Shown here one piece after another: positions 1 to 11,126 of a stretch of 64,000 nucleotides of DNA. The notes below the pieces were generated by a model. The model was not told the DNA's origin, ran no database searches, and saw only the letters and a list, made by a program, of their open reading frames with translations. Made by a program: the position numbers and the translations under genes. Numbering within the stretch: position 1 is the first letter of the stretch; each line of letters begins with the position of its first letter. Source of the DNA: an uncultured Planctomycetota bacterium (GTDB taxonomy: Bacteria; Planctomycetota; Planctomycetia; Isosphaerales; Isosphaeraceae); NCBI GenBank assembly GCA_963823665.1, contig CAWGMQ010000005.1, positions 1,632,001 through 1,696,000 on the forward strand, in the 5' to 3' direction.

Positions 1-528
1 GGAGGGTGCGGCCAAGCCATAGCGATCTTCGCGCAGGCGGTCGGCCTGTTCCTTCAATTCCGTGAGAAGGCGCACGTGGGCAACGATCACGCTGTATTCG
101 ACGATAAACGACCCGAGATTGAAGGCCACAGCCGCGGCTGCGACTGCCAGGTGCCAGGGGGCATAGGACGGGCTTCGAGTGTCCGCGGCCGCCCCCAGCC
201 AGGCGGCGACGGCGATGGCTGTCATGCTCCACATGATGAATCGAAACGCCTTGCGCTTGTTCTTCTTGGCCTGGGCGTTGATCCAGTCCGGCAATTGATA
301 AACGGTCACGACTTCTTTGGCCCATTTGCCGGTTGCGACAAAATAAGTGTAAACGATCGAATGTATGCCCAGGAGCACCACGACTGTCGCCAACGAAAAC
401 AAGATGTGGACGCCCCGCGCGACCGCGCCGGGCCCGTGTGCATCGCCGGTTGCGAACAGGCCGATCACGAAATCAGCAACGAGAAGAGAGCCCCCGGTGA
501 CCGCCAGGACAAGGAAGTGCCGATTCAT
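1..528 (-). CDS. Hypothetical multi-pass membrane protein (3' end runs off the window)
   Basis: Manual minus-strand translation from ATG at 528: MNRHFLVLAVTGGSLLVADFVIGLF...HSIVYTYFVATGKWAKE...; open to position 1 with about four hydrophobic segments; same direction as bamA. Absent from the ORF track because there is no stop in the window. Confidence 0.7.
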   Translation of the reverse strand, partial: MNRHFLVLAVTGGSLLVADFVIGLFATGDAHGPGAVARGVHILFSLATVVVLLGIHSIVYTYFVATGKWAKEVVTVYQLPDWINAQAKKNKRKAFRFIMWSMTAIAVAAWLGAAADTRSPSYAPWHLAVAAAAVAFNLGSFIVEYSVIVAHVRLLTELKEQADRLREDRYGLAAPS

Positions 529-632
529 TATGTTACTCGACGTTGATTCGAAGTCACGACCAGCAGATTCACCCTGGCAACACCGGAGATCGCGATCGGC
601 GCTCGAAGGTATGATCTATAAACTAAGACAAC

Positions 633-3435
633 TCACCAGACCGCGCCTACTGCGAAGTTGAAGTATGCGACCCGGTCTCCGGGGGCTTTGAGCACAGGAA
701 ATGCCAGGTCGAACTCGAAGGGCATGGGAGCGATCGGCAACACGACCTTCAACCCGGTTCCCACCGAGACTCTCATGTCGCTGAATTGATAGTTGCCGGT
801 AACCGTTCCGAAATCGGTGAAGAAGATCTGATTGAACGTATCCGTGGCGTTCCAGGGAAACTGATACTCGACCGAACCGATCGCCATCATGACACCGCCG
901 GTGGGAACGTTGAAATCATGCGGGCTGACCGTTCGATATTGAAATCCCCGCAAGCTGCCGAAATTGCCGGCGAAATACCGCTCATAAATGGGCGTCGACT
1001 CGGTGGCGATGCCGAAGTGGCCGCGGAGCGTGAAGAAGCGCTTTGCCCGTTCCATCCGGGCGGCTTCCTGTGGGAAAATAGGCACGCCCCTCTGCGTCAA
1101 ACTTGGTCCACGTAAAACTGCCCCAGCCCTGCTCGGTCGAGAGTTGCACATATTGGCCCTTGGTGGCCATGAACGGGCTGTTCGGGTTGTCGAACCGTCG
1201 ATTATCGAGCCGAAGGCTCGGCTTGATTGAGAACAATGACGTGTAGCCACTGGCGGCCAGGTAATCAGCAGGTGCCGGGGTTTTGTAGCCGAAGAAGTCG
1301 ACTTCTTCGGCACGCACAGTCACGTCGGAATACATCATGGTTCCGAACTGGCGCCCGAGCGAGAAAGCACCTCCGCCACGACGTTCATCCCAGTTCGGAT
1401 AGAAACGCGACGAGAGATAGCCTGAGGCGCTGGCTCCGATCGGCAGATCGAAGAGATAAGGCTCGCGTAGACTCACGCTCATGAAGTTCATGAGGTTGCC
1501 GGCCTGAAGGCTTACATTCAGCATCTGGCCTCCCCCTCGAAAGGCGTGGCCATTGACGATGTCGCTGAACGATCGAGGAAAGTTCGTGATGTCAAAGTTC
1601 TTCTCGGAGTACTGCACGTTTCCTATCAACCCCTGAAAGCTGTTGGCCCCCACACCGATCATGAATGCGCCGGTCGACCCTTCTTCGATTGAGGTGAGGA
1701 TGTCGGCGAACGACCGGTTGGGAAACGGATCGTTCCGGTCCGGGCTGACATCGGTCATGTTCATACCGGGGATGCTCGGATCTGTGGCTGGCAACTCACC
1801 CGCGCCGACCGGCGGTGGCGGAGTTCGAGTCATCGGAGGACCGGGTCTCGCAGGAGATGCGGGAGGGACGTCCACGGGCGGAACATTGACCTCCGGCTCG
1901 AAGGGAGATGATCCAAACGGCGAGCCGGCCGGCGGAATGGGTTCAAGCGATGTGCCCGGTGCTCCGCCAGGAACCTGAGCCGGTGATGGCACCAGGTCGG
2001 CGCCTGAGCCAGGGTCCTGCATCCGCGCCTGGGTCACGTCCTGCGCGGTGGGGTCCGTCAGCTCACCATAAGGCCGATCACTGGCCCGCTGGTTGACGAT
2101 GTCGATCTTGATCCCCGGGCCCTTCTGCGGGTTAGCCTGAAAGTACCCGAGCCGCGTGAGCCGCCGCCGGAACAGCTCGATCCGGTTTTTGTCGAGTACC
2201 TCGCCCGGTAACAAGCCCGCCATGTTAGCTTCGCGGCGAATGACTTTATCCTTGGTGCGATCGTTGCCGACGATCATGAGCTCGCCCAGCGTGAACGGCT
2301 CTCGCTCCTCAATCGTGTAGACCAGGTCGACCACCCCAAGCCGGTCGGTAAACCGCGGCTCACATTTGATCTGGGCGTCGATGCAGCCGATTTCGCCGTA
2401 TTGAATCAACATCCGCTGCTTGTCCGCGTCGCGCATCGCCATCATGAACGGCTTACCCGAGAGGAGCTCCAGGTCTTTACGCAGAGCTTCGGTCTTGATG
2501 CGCCTGTTTCCCTCGATGATCACGTTGCGCACCGTGTACTGCGTTCCCTCGGAAATCACGAACGTGAGCTCGATCTCGCCCGCTTTCTCCCTCGATCGCG
2601 TCACGGGTGCCACTTTTGCCTCGAAGAAGCCGTTCGCATGGTAATACTCGACGAGCTTCTGGCGGTCGTTCTCGAGCATCTCGGCGTCGTACCTGCCGAA
2701 AAGGCCCAGTATCGATGTTCGAGTGTTTATGTGGGTCTTCAGTGTCGGCGCGGAAGCAAACGTGTTTCCCTTGAAATTGATCGACGTCACCTTCGCCTTC
2801 GGCCCCTCAAAAATCTCGATCACGATCTTGGTGTCGCCGGGATTCCCGCCTTCGAGCAAGGTCACAGAGGCCAGGTCGTAGCCTTTTTCGCGGTAGAGTT
2901 CCTGGATCTGGCTGACAACCCTCCGGGTCTGCGACGGGTCGGCTCGTTTGCCCGCTTTCAGCCCGGTGACATCCTCGATCTCTTTCTGACGGATTGCCGT
3001 CCGTCCCCGGAATTCGACCTTGGTGAGCAGCGTCATGTCCTTGAGAGAGAAGATCAGTGTGAACTTCCCGCTCTTCGGCGGCGTCTCGTCGACCCAGTAA
3101 GTCGCGTCGGAGAAATCTTTGGTTCCGAGCAAGGTCTTCAGGTCGGCCTCCGCCTTCTCGTGACTGAGAGGCTGGCCGACCCGGCTGAGCAGCTTTGGCT
3201 TGATCTTCTCCGCGGGAATGCTCGTTCCCTCATACTCAATCTTGACAATCGTCCCTTCCGGGAACTTCTCGACCTGGGCGCCTCGCGCGGCAATCGCAAT
3301 TGTCAATGAAACGAACACCCAGGCGCATGTGAGCACGCGAGCCGCAGTTCCATGACGCGTCCTTCGCATCGCGGCCGCGCTCCGATGCGCGCATCTCGAC
3401 CGCCTCATGCCGGCGCCCTCGCTACGGGCCCGCAT
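633..3435 (-). CDS. bamA: Outer membrane protein assembly factor BamA (POTRA repeats + Omp85 barrel); one frameshift near 1043
   Basis: ORF 982..3435 has POTRA-like repeats and the start of the barrel. ORF 633..1313 carries the barrel end (SLRGF motif, C-terminal FNFAVGAVW). The frames join at GTGK|RFFTLRGH through one extra A. Confidence 0.9.
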
Positions 3436-4012
3436 GGCGTCGTCGGTTTTCGACTCCCCGGAACCTTCCCTGGTACCGGCTGAGTCGAGCGTTCATCACC
3501 TGTCATGAGCGATCGTCCCTGAGCCGAACCGACCGATCGAGAGCCGCCCGGACGACCCCCGCATCCAGGCGAAGGTCGGGAGAACACGCTGACGACCGCC
3601 GTTCGTCTGGCCGATCACCCGCGCCCGGCAAGGGGGGGTGACGTTCAGGACTGGCCGATCATCGAAAACGCAGAGCAGGCGCTCTACCGCGCCCGCGAGA
3701 CATCGAACCCGCGGCGAGATCTCATGCGCCCGTCGTTCCTGGCTTGCACCGCCATCCCTGGCCGTGGCGCCATTGGGCCCATGTGCCGCGTCTGAGACGT
3801 GACTGGACCGCCCCTTCTACCTGAGATGTTCTGATCGGGCAAGCCCGGAACCGGGCCTGGTTCAACGGATGCGAATGTGGGATTACACCCTCGATCGTCC
3901 GCAGCATGTTCGGTGCAACGCAAAACGTGATCGCGCTACCCCGCCGAGAACGGAGGCAGGACTTCTCCGCCCGCAAAACCACCGATTTGCGTCACATCCT
4001 TACCACCATTGG

Positions 4013-4178
4013 ATTTAAGTGTGACGATGGAATAATCGGAACCCCGCGGTTTATCGTCGTAAACAATGATTCGGCTGGCATTTAGGGCGTGACGATCGAA
4101 TATTCGGAACACTGGCAATCTCAGATGTAAAACCATATGGTGACCAGAGTTAGGGCGTGACGATCTAGAATTCCAGAC
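4013..4178. repeat. Three degenerate ~30-bp direct repeats at ~68-bp spacing (core TTAGGGCGTGACGATC)
   Basis: Copies at 4013 (atttaagtgtgacgatggaataatcggaac), 4080 (atttagggcgtgacgatcgaatattcggaac) and 4149 (gttagggcgtgacgatctagaattccagac). Confidence 0.7.
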
Positions 4179-4180
4179 AT

Positions 4181-5875
4181 TTACGGCTTCGTTGACGCAA
4201 ATTCCGCATCGCCTCCCCCCAACTCTGCGGCAAGTCCCAGGTGCTCCACCCTCGTGACCTGGACGCGCCGGCGTTCTCGGGTTCGACTGCTAACGACAAA
4301 TACCCCCAGCATCCGAAGCTGAGGAGCCAGTCGGCGCACCTCGTTCATGAACAACTGGGTCGACTTCGGCCACGCACTCGACCTCGCCACTCCTCGACCG
4401 ACTTGGTCAGTCAGCAATTCGAACAACTCCGTCGGCGTTCCCTCCCACTCGACCATTTCATAGGCCAATTCCATCACCATTCTTGCCACCAGTGATCCCT
4501 CGAGCGAGACCTCCGTCGCTGCCATCATATTGTCTTCGTATGTTGAATCACATGTTCCAGACCCCCAGCCCAGCCCACGGCCGACAGCTTCACCCCACTT
4601 TGCAAAGTCGGCCATCCGCGGCAATCGAGACAACTTGACCGACGGCAGCTCCCGCATCCCCCCCGCCACTGCGTCGAGCACGGCCCCCAAGATAAGCGGA
4701 TGCTCGGCCTCGAACGCACTCCAGTATTCATCCTCCGCGCGTCGGCGTTTTGGCGTGATCGTCGGCAGGTGCAAGATCACGGTACGATCCATCAGGTCGC
4801 TCTTGCGCACGAAATCCTCGATGCCATTGAGAATCACCGGACGCTGCGCCTGCACGGTTACCCGCTCTTGATTAGAAAAAAGCGCACGCCCCGAAAAGCC
4901 GCCTCCGTAAACCAGCCGGCACAAGCTGTCTGAAAGCCAGTTGGGAATCGAACTGATATTGTCGTAGGCCAGAAGCCACCCGTTGACGGCCGTCACCATC
5001 AAGTCCCGAGTGCTCGCCGGCTCGACCAGCAGCGGACAGGCTTGCGGGTCAACGAGCAGCCGCACAACCTTGGCCAGTGTGCTCTTGGCCGAGCCTTGTT
5101 CACCGTGCAGGCTCAGGATCGGATACGGCCCGACCGGCCGAAGTGCCGCCGTCAGCCATGCAACCACCAGTCGAAACCCCTCATCGGTCACATTTACATA
5201 CGGGCGTAACAGCTCGATCGACCCCCCGCGCGCAGGCACCGGCAGCGGCAACATCCCTTCGGGACGCCGGAATTGAATTTCCGGCCGGTCGACCAGCTCC
5301 CACCCTTCGGCGCCAATCTTGACCGCTCTTCCACTGGCATCGCCCAGGTCCAGGAAATAGGCCGAGCCGTTCGGAGCCGCGCCTCGCGCGACGCGCACAA
5401 AAACCGACGGAGTCGCACCATCGAACCGCGCTCGGGCCTCGAGTACGCTGACAACTCGCTGAATCGCCGCAGGCGTTGCAGGCTCATGTCGCTCCGCAAA
5501 ATAGCCATCAACGAGCCAATCGCGGAACCCCGCCGACCTGAGCCCAAACGTTTCGTTTCGGCCCGCAACCGGCACCTGGACATGAATCCCACCATCAGAC
5601 GATCGAAACAGCCGCGCCGCCGCCGCCAGCCGCAAGAGCACGCCGATCGCCCCCTCCGCACCCGGCCAGTCGCCAGCCGTCTCGTTTGTAGAGGAAGGCG
5701 TATTCGTCACTGCTTCCATCTCCGCACTTGGAAATCCACGGCGAACAACCGCGCGCCCCGCGCAATTCCCGCGGCTGCGATCTCGACGTCCCGCGCATGG
5801 TCGTCCCAACTCCAAGACCGATCCGCGAAGAGCGGCTCGACATCCGTCATCTCGTCCCATTGATCGGCACATCAA
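4181..5875 (-). CDS. Primase-associated/helicase-like P-loop ATPase of mobile-element type (true start probably 5719)
   Basis: Walker A GEQGSAKS, Walker-B-like LLAYDN and downstream RPVILNGI; resembles phage/plasmid replication ATPases. Confidence 0.7.
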   Translation of the reverse strand: MMCRSMGRDDGCRAALRGSVLELGRPCAGRRDRSRGNCAGRAVVRRGFPSAEMEAVTNTPSSTNETAGDWPGAEGAIGVLLRLAAAARLFRSSDGGIHVQVPVAGRNETFGLRSAGFRDWLVDGYFAERHEPATPAAIQRVVSVLEARARFDGATPSVFVRVARGAAPNGSAYFLDLGDASGRAVKIGAEGWELVDRPEIQFRRPEGMLPLPVPARGGSIELLRPYVNVTDEGFRLVVAWLTAALRPVGPYPILSLHGEQGSAKSTLAKVVRLLVDPQACPLLVEPASTRDLMVTAVNGWLLAYDNISSIPNWLSDSLCRLVYGGGFSGRALFSNQERVTVQAQRPVILNGIEDFVRKSDLMDRTVILHLPTITPKRRRAEDEYWSAFEAEHPLILGAVLDAVAGGMRELPSVKLSRLPRMADFAKWGEAVGRGLGWGSGTCDSTYEDNMMAATEVSLEGSLVARMVMELAYEMVEWEGTPTELFELLTDQVGRGVARSSAWPKSTQLFMNEVRRLAPQLRMLGVFVVSSRTRERRRVQVTRVEHLGLAAELGGGDAEFASTKP

Positions 5876-5960
5876 CCCAAGCGTATTGCGTTTTCTAAAA
5901 CCATTTTAATTTTTATTTTGGCCCAAACGAGAGGCAGACACCCAGCGATACACGGACGCG

Positions 5961-6013
5961 CAGGTCAGGCTTCAGCCTGACGATTCTCCAAAGTAGGTCA
6001 GGCTTCAGCCTGA
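5961..6013. repeat. Two REP-like palindromes (G)TAGGTCAGGCTTCAGCCTGA(C)
   Basis: Copies at 5961-5981 and 5993-6013 with stem TCAGGCT/AGCCTGA; third copy at 9720-9741; GTAG foot in two copies. Confidence 0.75.
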
Positions 6014-7042
6014 GACGGCCCCAGCCCGATAGTGCCGGCGCAAGCGTCCTTTTCTCGGTCTCCGCCCAGGGGGAATTCGTTTTGCAGATTTGTCGCGCGT
6101 CCTTACGCCACAAGGGTTACGGGAATGCACTCGGTCGGTCGTGATGGCGAACCGTCGGCCGAATTCGAAGCCGAAACTCCGCCCCAGAGCCACGTCGCTT
6201 CGACCCAGAATCGACGCGGCCCGGCCTGCGGAGCGCTCCATCCCCCAGATCCGGGTCCCCGGCGATCCGCAAGTGTCTATGCGACAAGGGATTCGGTCGA
6301 TCCAGCAGCGTCTTTCGCGTGGCCCAAAATGATAACTAATGATAGCACAAAACAGGAGATCCTCGCCTTCCTCCCAGTGCAGAGTCCGGGGAGCGAACTC
6401 TGTGCGCTCGACTGACGACCCGCCAAAGCCGCCAAGGCGACGGAGTCATCCTGCGCAACGGCCAGGTCTGCTCGAGTTTCGGTTTTGGTCTCAGCTTCAT
6501 TACGCGTTGCAGTAGTTCGCACTGGATGTCACTCCCTGCGTGAATTCCAGCGCTGTTCTTCAGGATGAGATGGAGATCGACGAGGAGGGAGGAAAGGAAA
6601 CGGAACCCGCCCATCGCGCCAGCATCGCGCGTTCGCAGACCTCTGCCCTATGGATAATATGCGACCGGTTTCAGTGATCGGCAATAAAAGCCTCCAAAAA
6701 AACTGCAATCGCGCAATCGACACGGCTGCAACCTCACGAGATACGGCTTTGCGCGATTTCCATGTTAATTGTGAACACGCGGTCGAATCAAAACGGGGCA
6801 CGCGGTCGTCCGCTCGGACTTCAACGGCATGCTGACAAACAAGCAGATCGCCTCGGAGAACCGATCTCTTTAGAAATCGGCCGAGCTTGGGTTCGTTCGC
6901 GCATTTCAGCCACGTTGTTAAGTCATCGTTCATGGGTGTTTTCGTGATCCAACTTTCACTCCAATTCCAAGTTACGCATTTCCAGCCACCTGAGCTGCAT
7001 TGGGTTCGTTCGTCACGTTTTGCGACTCACGGGCTTGTCTCC

Positions 7043-7121
7043 CGGGAGGGCGAAGCTCCTGCTGTGCCAAGACCGAGCCGATTCCGATGCCGGGAGGGCG
7101 AAGCTCCTGCTGAGCCAAGAC
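7043..7121. repeat. Two direct copies of REP-like CGGGAGGGCGAAGCTCCTGCTG(T/A)GCCAAGAC
   Basis: 31-bp copies at 7043 and 7091 with one mismatch. Confidence 0.75.
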
Positions 7122-7475
7122 GCGCACACGTCGGCCGCGCCCTCCCCTGCCACGACCGTGAAGGCCACTGAAATGGCCGCTCTCATTCGTGAGATTCGTA
7201 AGATTCGTGGTTCGACGTCCCCCGCCATGTCACACGGCAGCCTGGCCACGCTTCGCACGCTCCAAATAAGTAGAAGTGAATGGAACTCCCCATGAACTCC
7301 CCAAGCAATCAACAACATGACTCGATTATTTGGGGTTTGTTCCTGCATTTTGTAGCGAACGACGCGCAGATTTCCCCCAGACCCCCATAACAACGAATAT
7401 GCGAGAAGTGGGCTTCGCGGCGTTGAGCATTGTGACAGGCCTGTAGCGCGATGGCGACGGCCTCGATCGATTCCT

Positions 7476-8959
7476 CTATAGCGTTGCTATCGGACTGAGC
7501 TGGAAGCCCATCGCCGCCGCCTTCCGCTGGAGCGCTCTCACCAGATTGGCTTTGATCTTGGCCTCGTACTCCTCCATCGACTGGGTCACATACTCTTCGC
7601 CGTACTTGAGCATCCTGTAGACCAAACAGGCCAGCTTGTGTGCAGTCGCCTTGACGGCTCCAAGTCCACCGATCCGACTTTTGATCCGTCGGTAGTACAT
7701 GCCCAAGGGTGTCATCGTCTTGCCTGCTGACTGCGCGGCCATCCGTAGGGCGATAGCGACTCGGTTCTTCCCTTGGCGATGACCGCGACGTCTTTTGGTC
7801 TTATTGCTCTCATCCTGGGAAGGACAAAGACGCAGCCAACTTGCGAAGTGCTTCTCCGTGGGAAACCGACTGACGTCCACACCGATTTCGGCCAGAATGA
7901 TCAGGGCCGTTCCCACGCCGATTCCCTCGATTTTTGTCAGGTCTACACCCAATGCCTGGAACAACGGGCCCGTCGCCTCGAATCGGGCATCGTTGCTTTT
8001 GCGACCACGCGTGCGTGGCTTACCAGTTTGTGTCTTCTCTCCCGCCCGGTTTTCGAATTTGGCCAGTTCGGCTTCAATCTGCTGGTCACACTCGGTGATC
8101 TGCCCATGATGGAACTGGTACAGCTCGCGCGCCTGCCGCAGCTCGAAGAGATGTTCGGGCCGCCATGTCCCTTCCAACGCTAGGGCAATCTGCTCCTCGC
8201 TGTGATTACAGCGCCCATGCCGCAGTTTGGCCAGCTTCTTGGGATTGCGTTGGCCTCGCAGAATGGCGTCGATGATCGAAATGCCCGTCAGTCCCGTGAT
8301 GTCGCTCATGACTTCCGTCAGTTTGACGTTCATCTGCTCCAAGGCCTTCTGCATGTGTTGGACATGAGCAGCGGCGTAACGCACCAGCATCTGCCGTTGC
8401 CGGGAGTAGGCGCGCAGGGCCAACACGGAGTCCGGAGGTCGGAACGACCCACGTAAGAGGCCGTAGGAGTGCAACCGCTGGATCCACTGCGCGTCGAGTA
8501 CGTCCGTCTTGGGGCGCGCGCCACAACGCGAAAGCTGTCCCGGTTCGACCAGCATAACCTCGAAGCCCTGGGATTCGAGGAGCTCGAACAGAGGAATCCA
8601 GTAAATGCCGGTGGATTCCAACGCGACGGTTTTTACGCCGCATTTCTTTAACCACACAGCGATCTCCTGAAGATCGGCGGTGTTGGCACCGAACTGGCGG
8701 ACTGGGTCAACGTCGCGGTCAGCGGGAACGCAGACCAGCGGACTGGGTCAACGTCGCGGTCAGCGGGAACGCAGACCATATGCATGTCGGAATGAACATC
8801 AACTCCGGCTGCGTCTGGATTCACGACACTGAGCGGTGCAGAGGAGGCGGGGACGGGGACGGGAAGCGACCTGACCCGCGGCTTGTTGGTCGGCTCCTTG
8901 GGTTTGCTCGGCTTCTTGGGCTTGCGTGGCTTCTTCGGCTCTTCGTGGGGGACAAGCAT
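7476..8959 (-). pseudogene. IS110 family transposase, frameshifted by a 41-bp tandem duplication
   Basis: DEDD residues in GVDVH (ORF 8648..8959), ALESTG and KTDVLDA; C-terminal Tnp20-like IEGIG...FPTEKHFASW. Exact 41-bp duplication at 8697-8737/8738-8778 shifts the frame. Confidence 0.9.
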
Positions 8960-9617
8960 GGGATCTCTCCGCTTCGCGGGTAGGTGTGGTGAAACGACAA
9001 GGCGCCGCGAGCCAAGAGGGGTATCGGGAACGAAATAGTCTCCCCAACGGGATCAATACCACGCCGGAAAAACCCGGCATGGCAAGTCACCAATGACAAG
9101 GTCGAAGCCTCTCGGACCATGCTGAATGTCGGGCTAAGAGCACCAACGTGCCAACGGCCACTGACGCGCGTCGCCATATGGCAACGTCGACATAATGAGG
9201 TAAACCAAGCCAGACCTTTCTCGACCCAAGTTCACGGGCCGTGAGGGGGCCGTACGCGGCTCGACCCGTTAAATGGGACTAAATGGGACTCCTGGCCCCA
9301 AAAAAGTCTCATTTCGCTTGCAGTCTTGAACCCCGTCCGATGGCTGGCCGGAACGCCTTGAATCCGTACGGAAATGCTGAGAGCCAAACGGGATAACGCC
9401 ACGAGTCCCGCTCCATGATCCGTCGCCCCAACCGGTGAACACTCACCCTCCCCGTGGTCCAGACCCGTCCCGCGCTCGACACAACTCAAAATTCGGGGAT
9501 ATTTCGTCGCGCACCGATCCGCCTTTACAAGCGCAGTCCGGCCCCGTATTTCCCACGGCACAGGCATGGTCAGACCGAGCTGGGATCCTCGAGCACGCGC
9601 TCGAGCAACTGAAGCAG

Positions 9618-9683
9618 TCATTCCCGGTTCCAGAGACATGGGTGGTGTGGTCCCTCGCGCCGACTCCGGTGTCAGCGATCGAG
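9618..9683. repeat. ~60-bp dispersed repeat, second copy at about 10509-10570
   Basis: tcattcccggttccagagacatgggtgg...ctcgcgccgactccggtgtcagcgatcgaga versus tcattcccggtcccagagacatgggtgg...ctcgcgccgactccagtgtcagcgaacgaga. Confidence 0.7.
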
Positions 9684-9692
9684 ACTGTGAAA

Positions 9693-9741
9693 GCCAGACA
9701 CCCAGCGATAGACGGATTAGTAGGTCAGGCTTCAGCCTGAC
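9693..9741. repeat. REP-like palindrome with upstream cagacacccagcgata box shared with the ~5935 copy
   Basis: gccagacacccagcgatagacgga...gtaggtcaggcttcagcctgac matches 5934-5981. Confidence 0.7.
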
Positions 9742-10183
9742 AATTTCCCCGCTCCCACATCTGGATCGAAACGCCACAAGCGAGGCCAAACGCAAATCGA
9801 CATTACACACTCTCAGTGAAAAAGGGACGAAAAAATATACTGTACAACCCCATCGATCTGCCGTGGCAATTCTTGGTGGCACGCGCCACTCGCGTGCGCC
9901 ATTGCCGACGAACGCCTCGCGTTGTTCCCATTCGATGACGCCCATTGAACTTGCAAAGAATGCATCCACCCGAGGCAATCGTCGAACACATGGCGGAAAG
10001 TGGCGCAAAGTGGCGCTTTTGCGGCATGTTCGAGCATCCGAACACTAGTGTAAAGCGGCCGCATTCTGAATCCCGATCTTGATCTGAATTCAGTCTGTAC
10101 GCGCCCCCCAGCGCGGGCTGGCCTGTTGAAAACTTGCAGAATAAGGCGCGGAGATTTCCCCCCGCGAATGTTGCGCGGAGCTT

Positions 10184-10282
10184 CCCCCCCCCTTTAGAAG
10201 GGGCTCCTCTTTCCTTTTACCCCCCTTTAGAAGGGGCTCCCCTTTCCTTTTCCCCCCCTTTAGAAGGGGGGGCCAGGGGGGG
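10184..10282. repeat. Three tandem palindromic units CCCCCCTTTAGAAGGGG, 33-bp period
   Basis: TTTAGAAGGGG begins at 10193, 10226 and 10259. Confidence 0.8.
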
Positions 10283-11126
10283 TCCGTCCCGGCGGTCGCC
10301 ATCACAAAACCGTCGCGCAACAGACGACACCGAACCTTCGAGCTCGAAATTCGCCAGTACAGCCCGCCTTTCATCCGCCCAGGCGCGGGCACCCCCCGCC
10401 TGTCGGCCACGCCTCGGGCGATGTCCAGCCCCCACGGGGCGCAGATCAACAGGAAGGGCCATCGACCCTCTGGAACATTTCGCACGCCTGGAACTCTTCC
10501 GTCGGTAATCATTCCCGGTCCCAGAGACATGGGTGGCCGCTCGCGCCGACTCCAGTGTCAGCGAACGAGATCGAGCTACATAGAATATGCGACGGGTTTC
10601 CCGAATTAGACGATTTCGTCGACCAGAAAGCCTGGGATTTATTTCACGTCGCAACGGATGCGACGGCCAACTCGATCAAAACTCCAGCTTTGCGAACGCC
10701 ACGCCCAGAAAACGGGAAAAAACACCCGGCGCGATCACCGCATCAAGGTCGTCCGTCCCATCGGTGCGCCTCCACCCCTCGGCTCTATTCTCAGCGGTCG
10801 TCCAGCGAGCGATGTAAGATCTCCGCAAAACGCCGAAACCCCCCCGGCGATTCCAAGCAAGCCAGACAAGTCGCTGGAACCAGGTAAAAAGGAGGAAACG
10901 TTCATCATGGCTGGGTAGAAGCGCGAAGGGTGTAAGTGTGCGTCGGGTAACGAGAAAACGAGTGGTTTACGGGACTGAGCTAATGTGACAGGATAGGCGA
11001 AGTATTCCCGCGGTTGCGGGTCGGGTCCGTCAAGGCGAGCAAGGCGGACGGCAGCCGAGTAACGACATGCAACGGAACGCTTCGCGCGGCCGTCGTTGCC
11101 CGTCATTCGATCCTGTTTCTTCCGGA

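Noticed and set aside
76..546. Plus-strand 156-aa ORF
   Set aside because: Shadow of the minus-strand membrane protein at 1..528.
4013..4178. Possible mini CRISPR array (30-bp repeats, ~38-bp spacers)
   Set aside because: Repeats are too degenerate, the spacers share motifs, and there are no cas genes; iteron-like repeats fit better.
7380..7407. dif-like 11-6-11 pattern gacccccataa-caacga-atatgcgagaa
   Set aside because: Weak match to the Xer consensus, single instance, no supporting junction.
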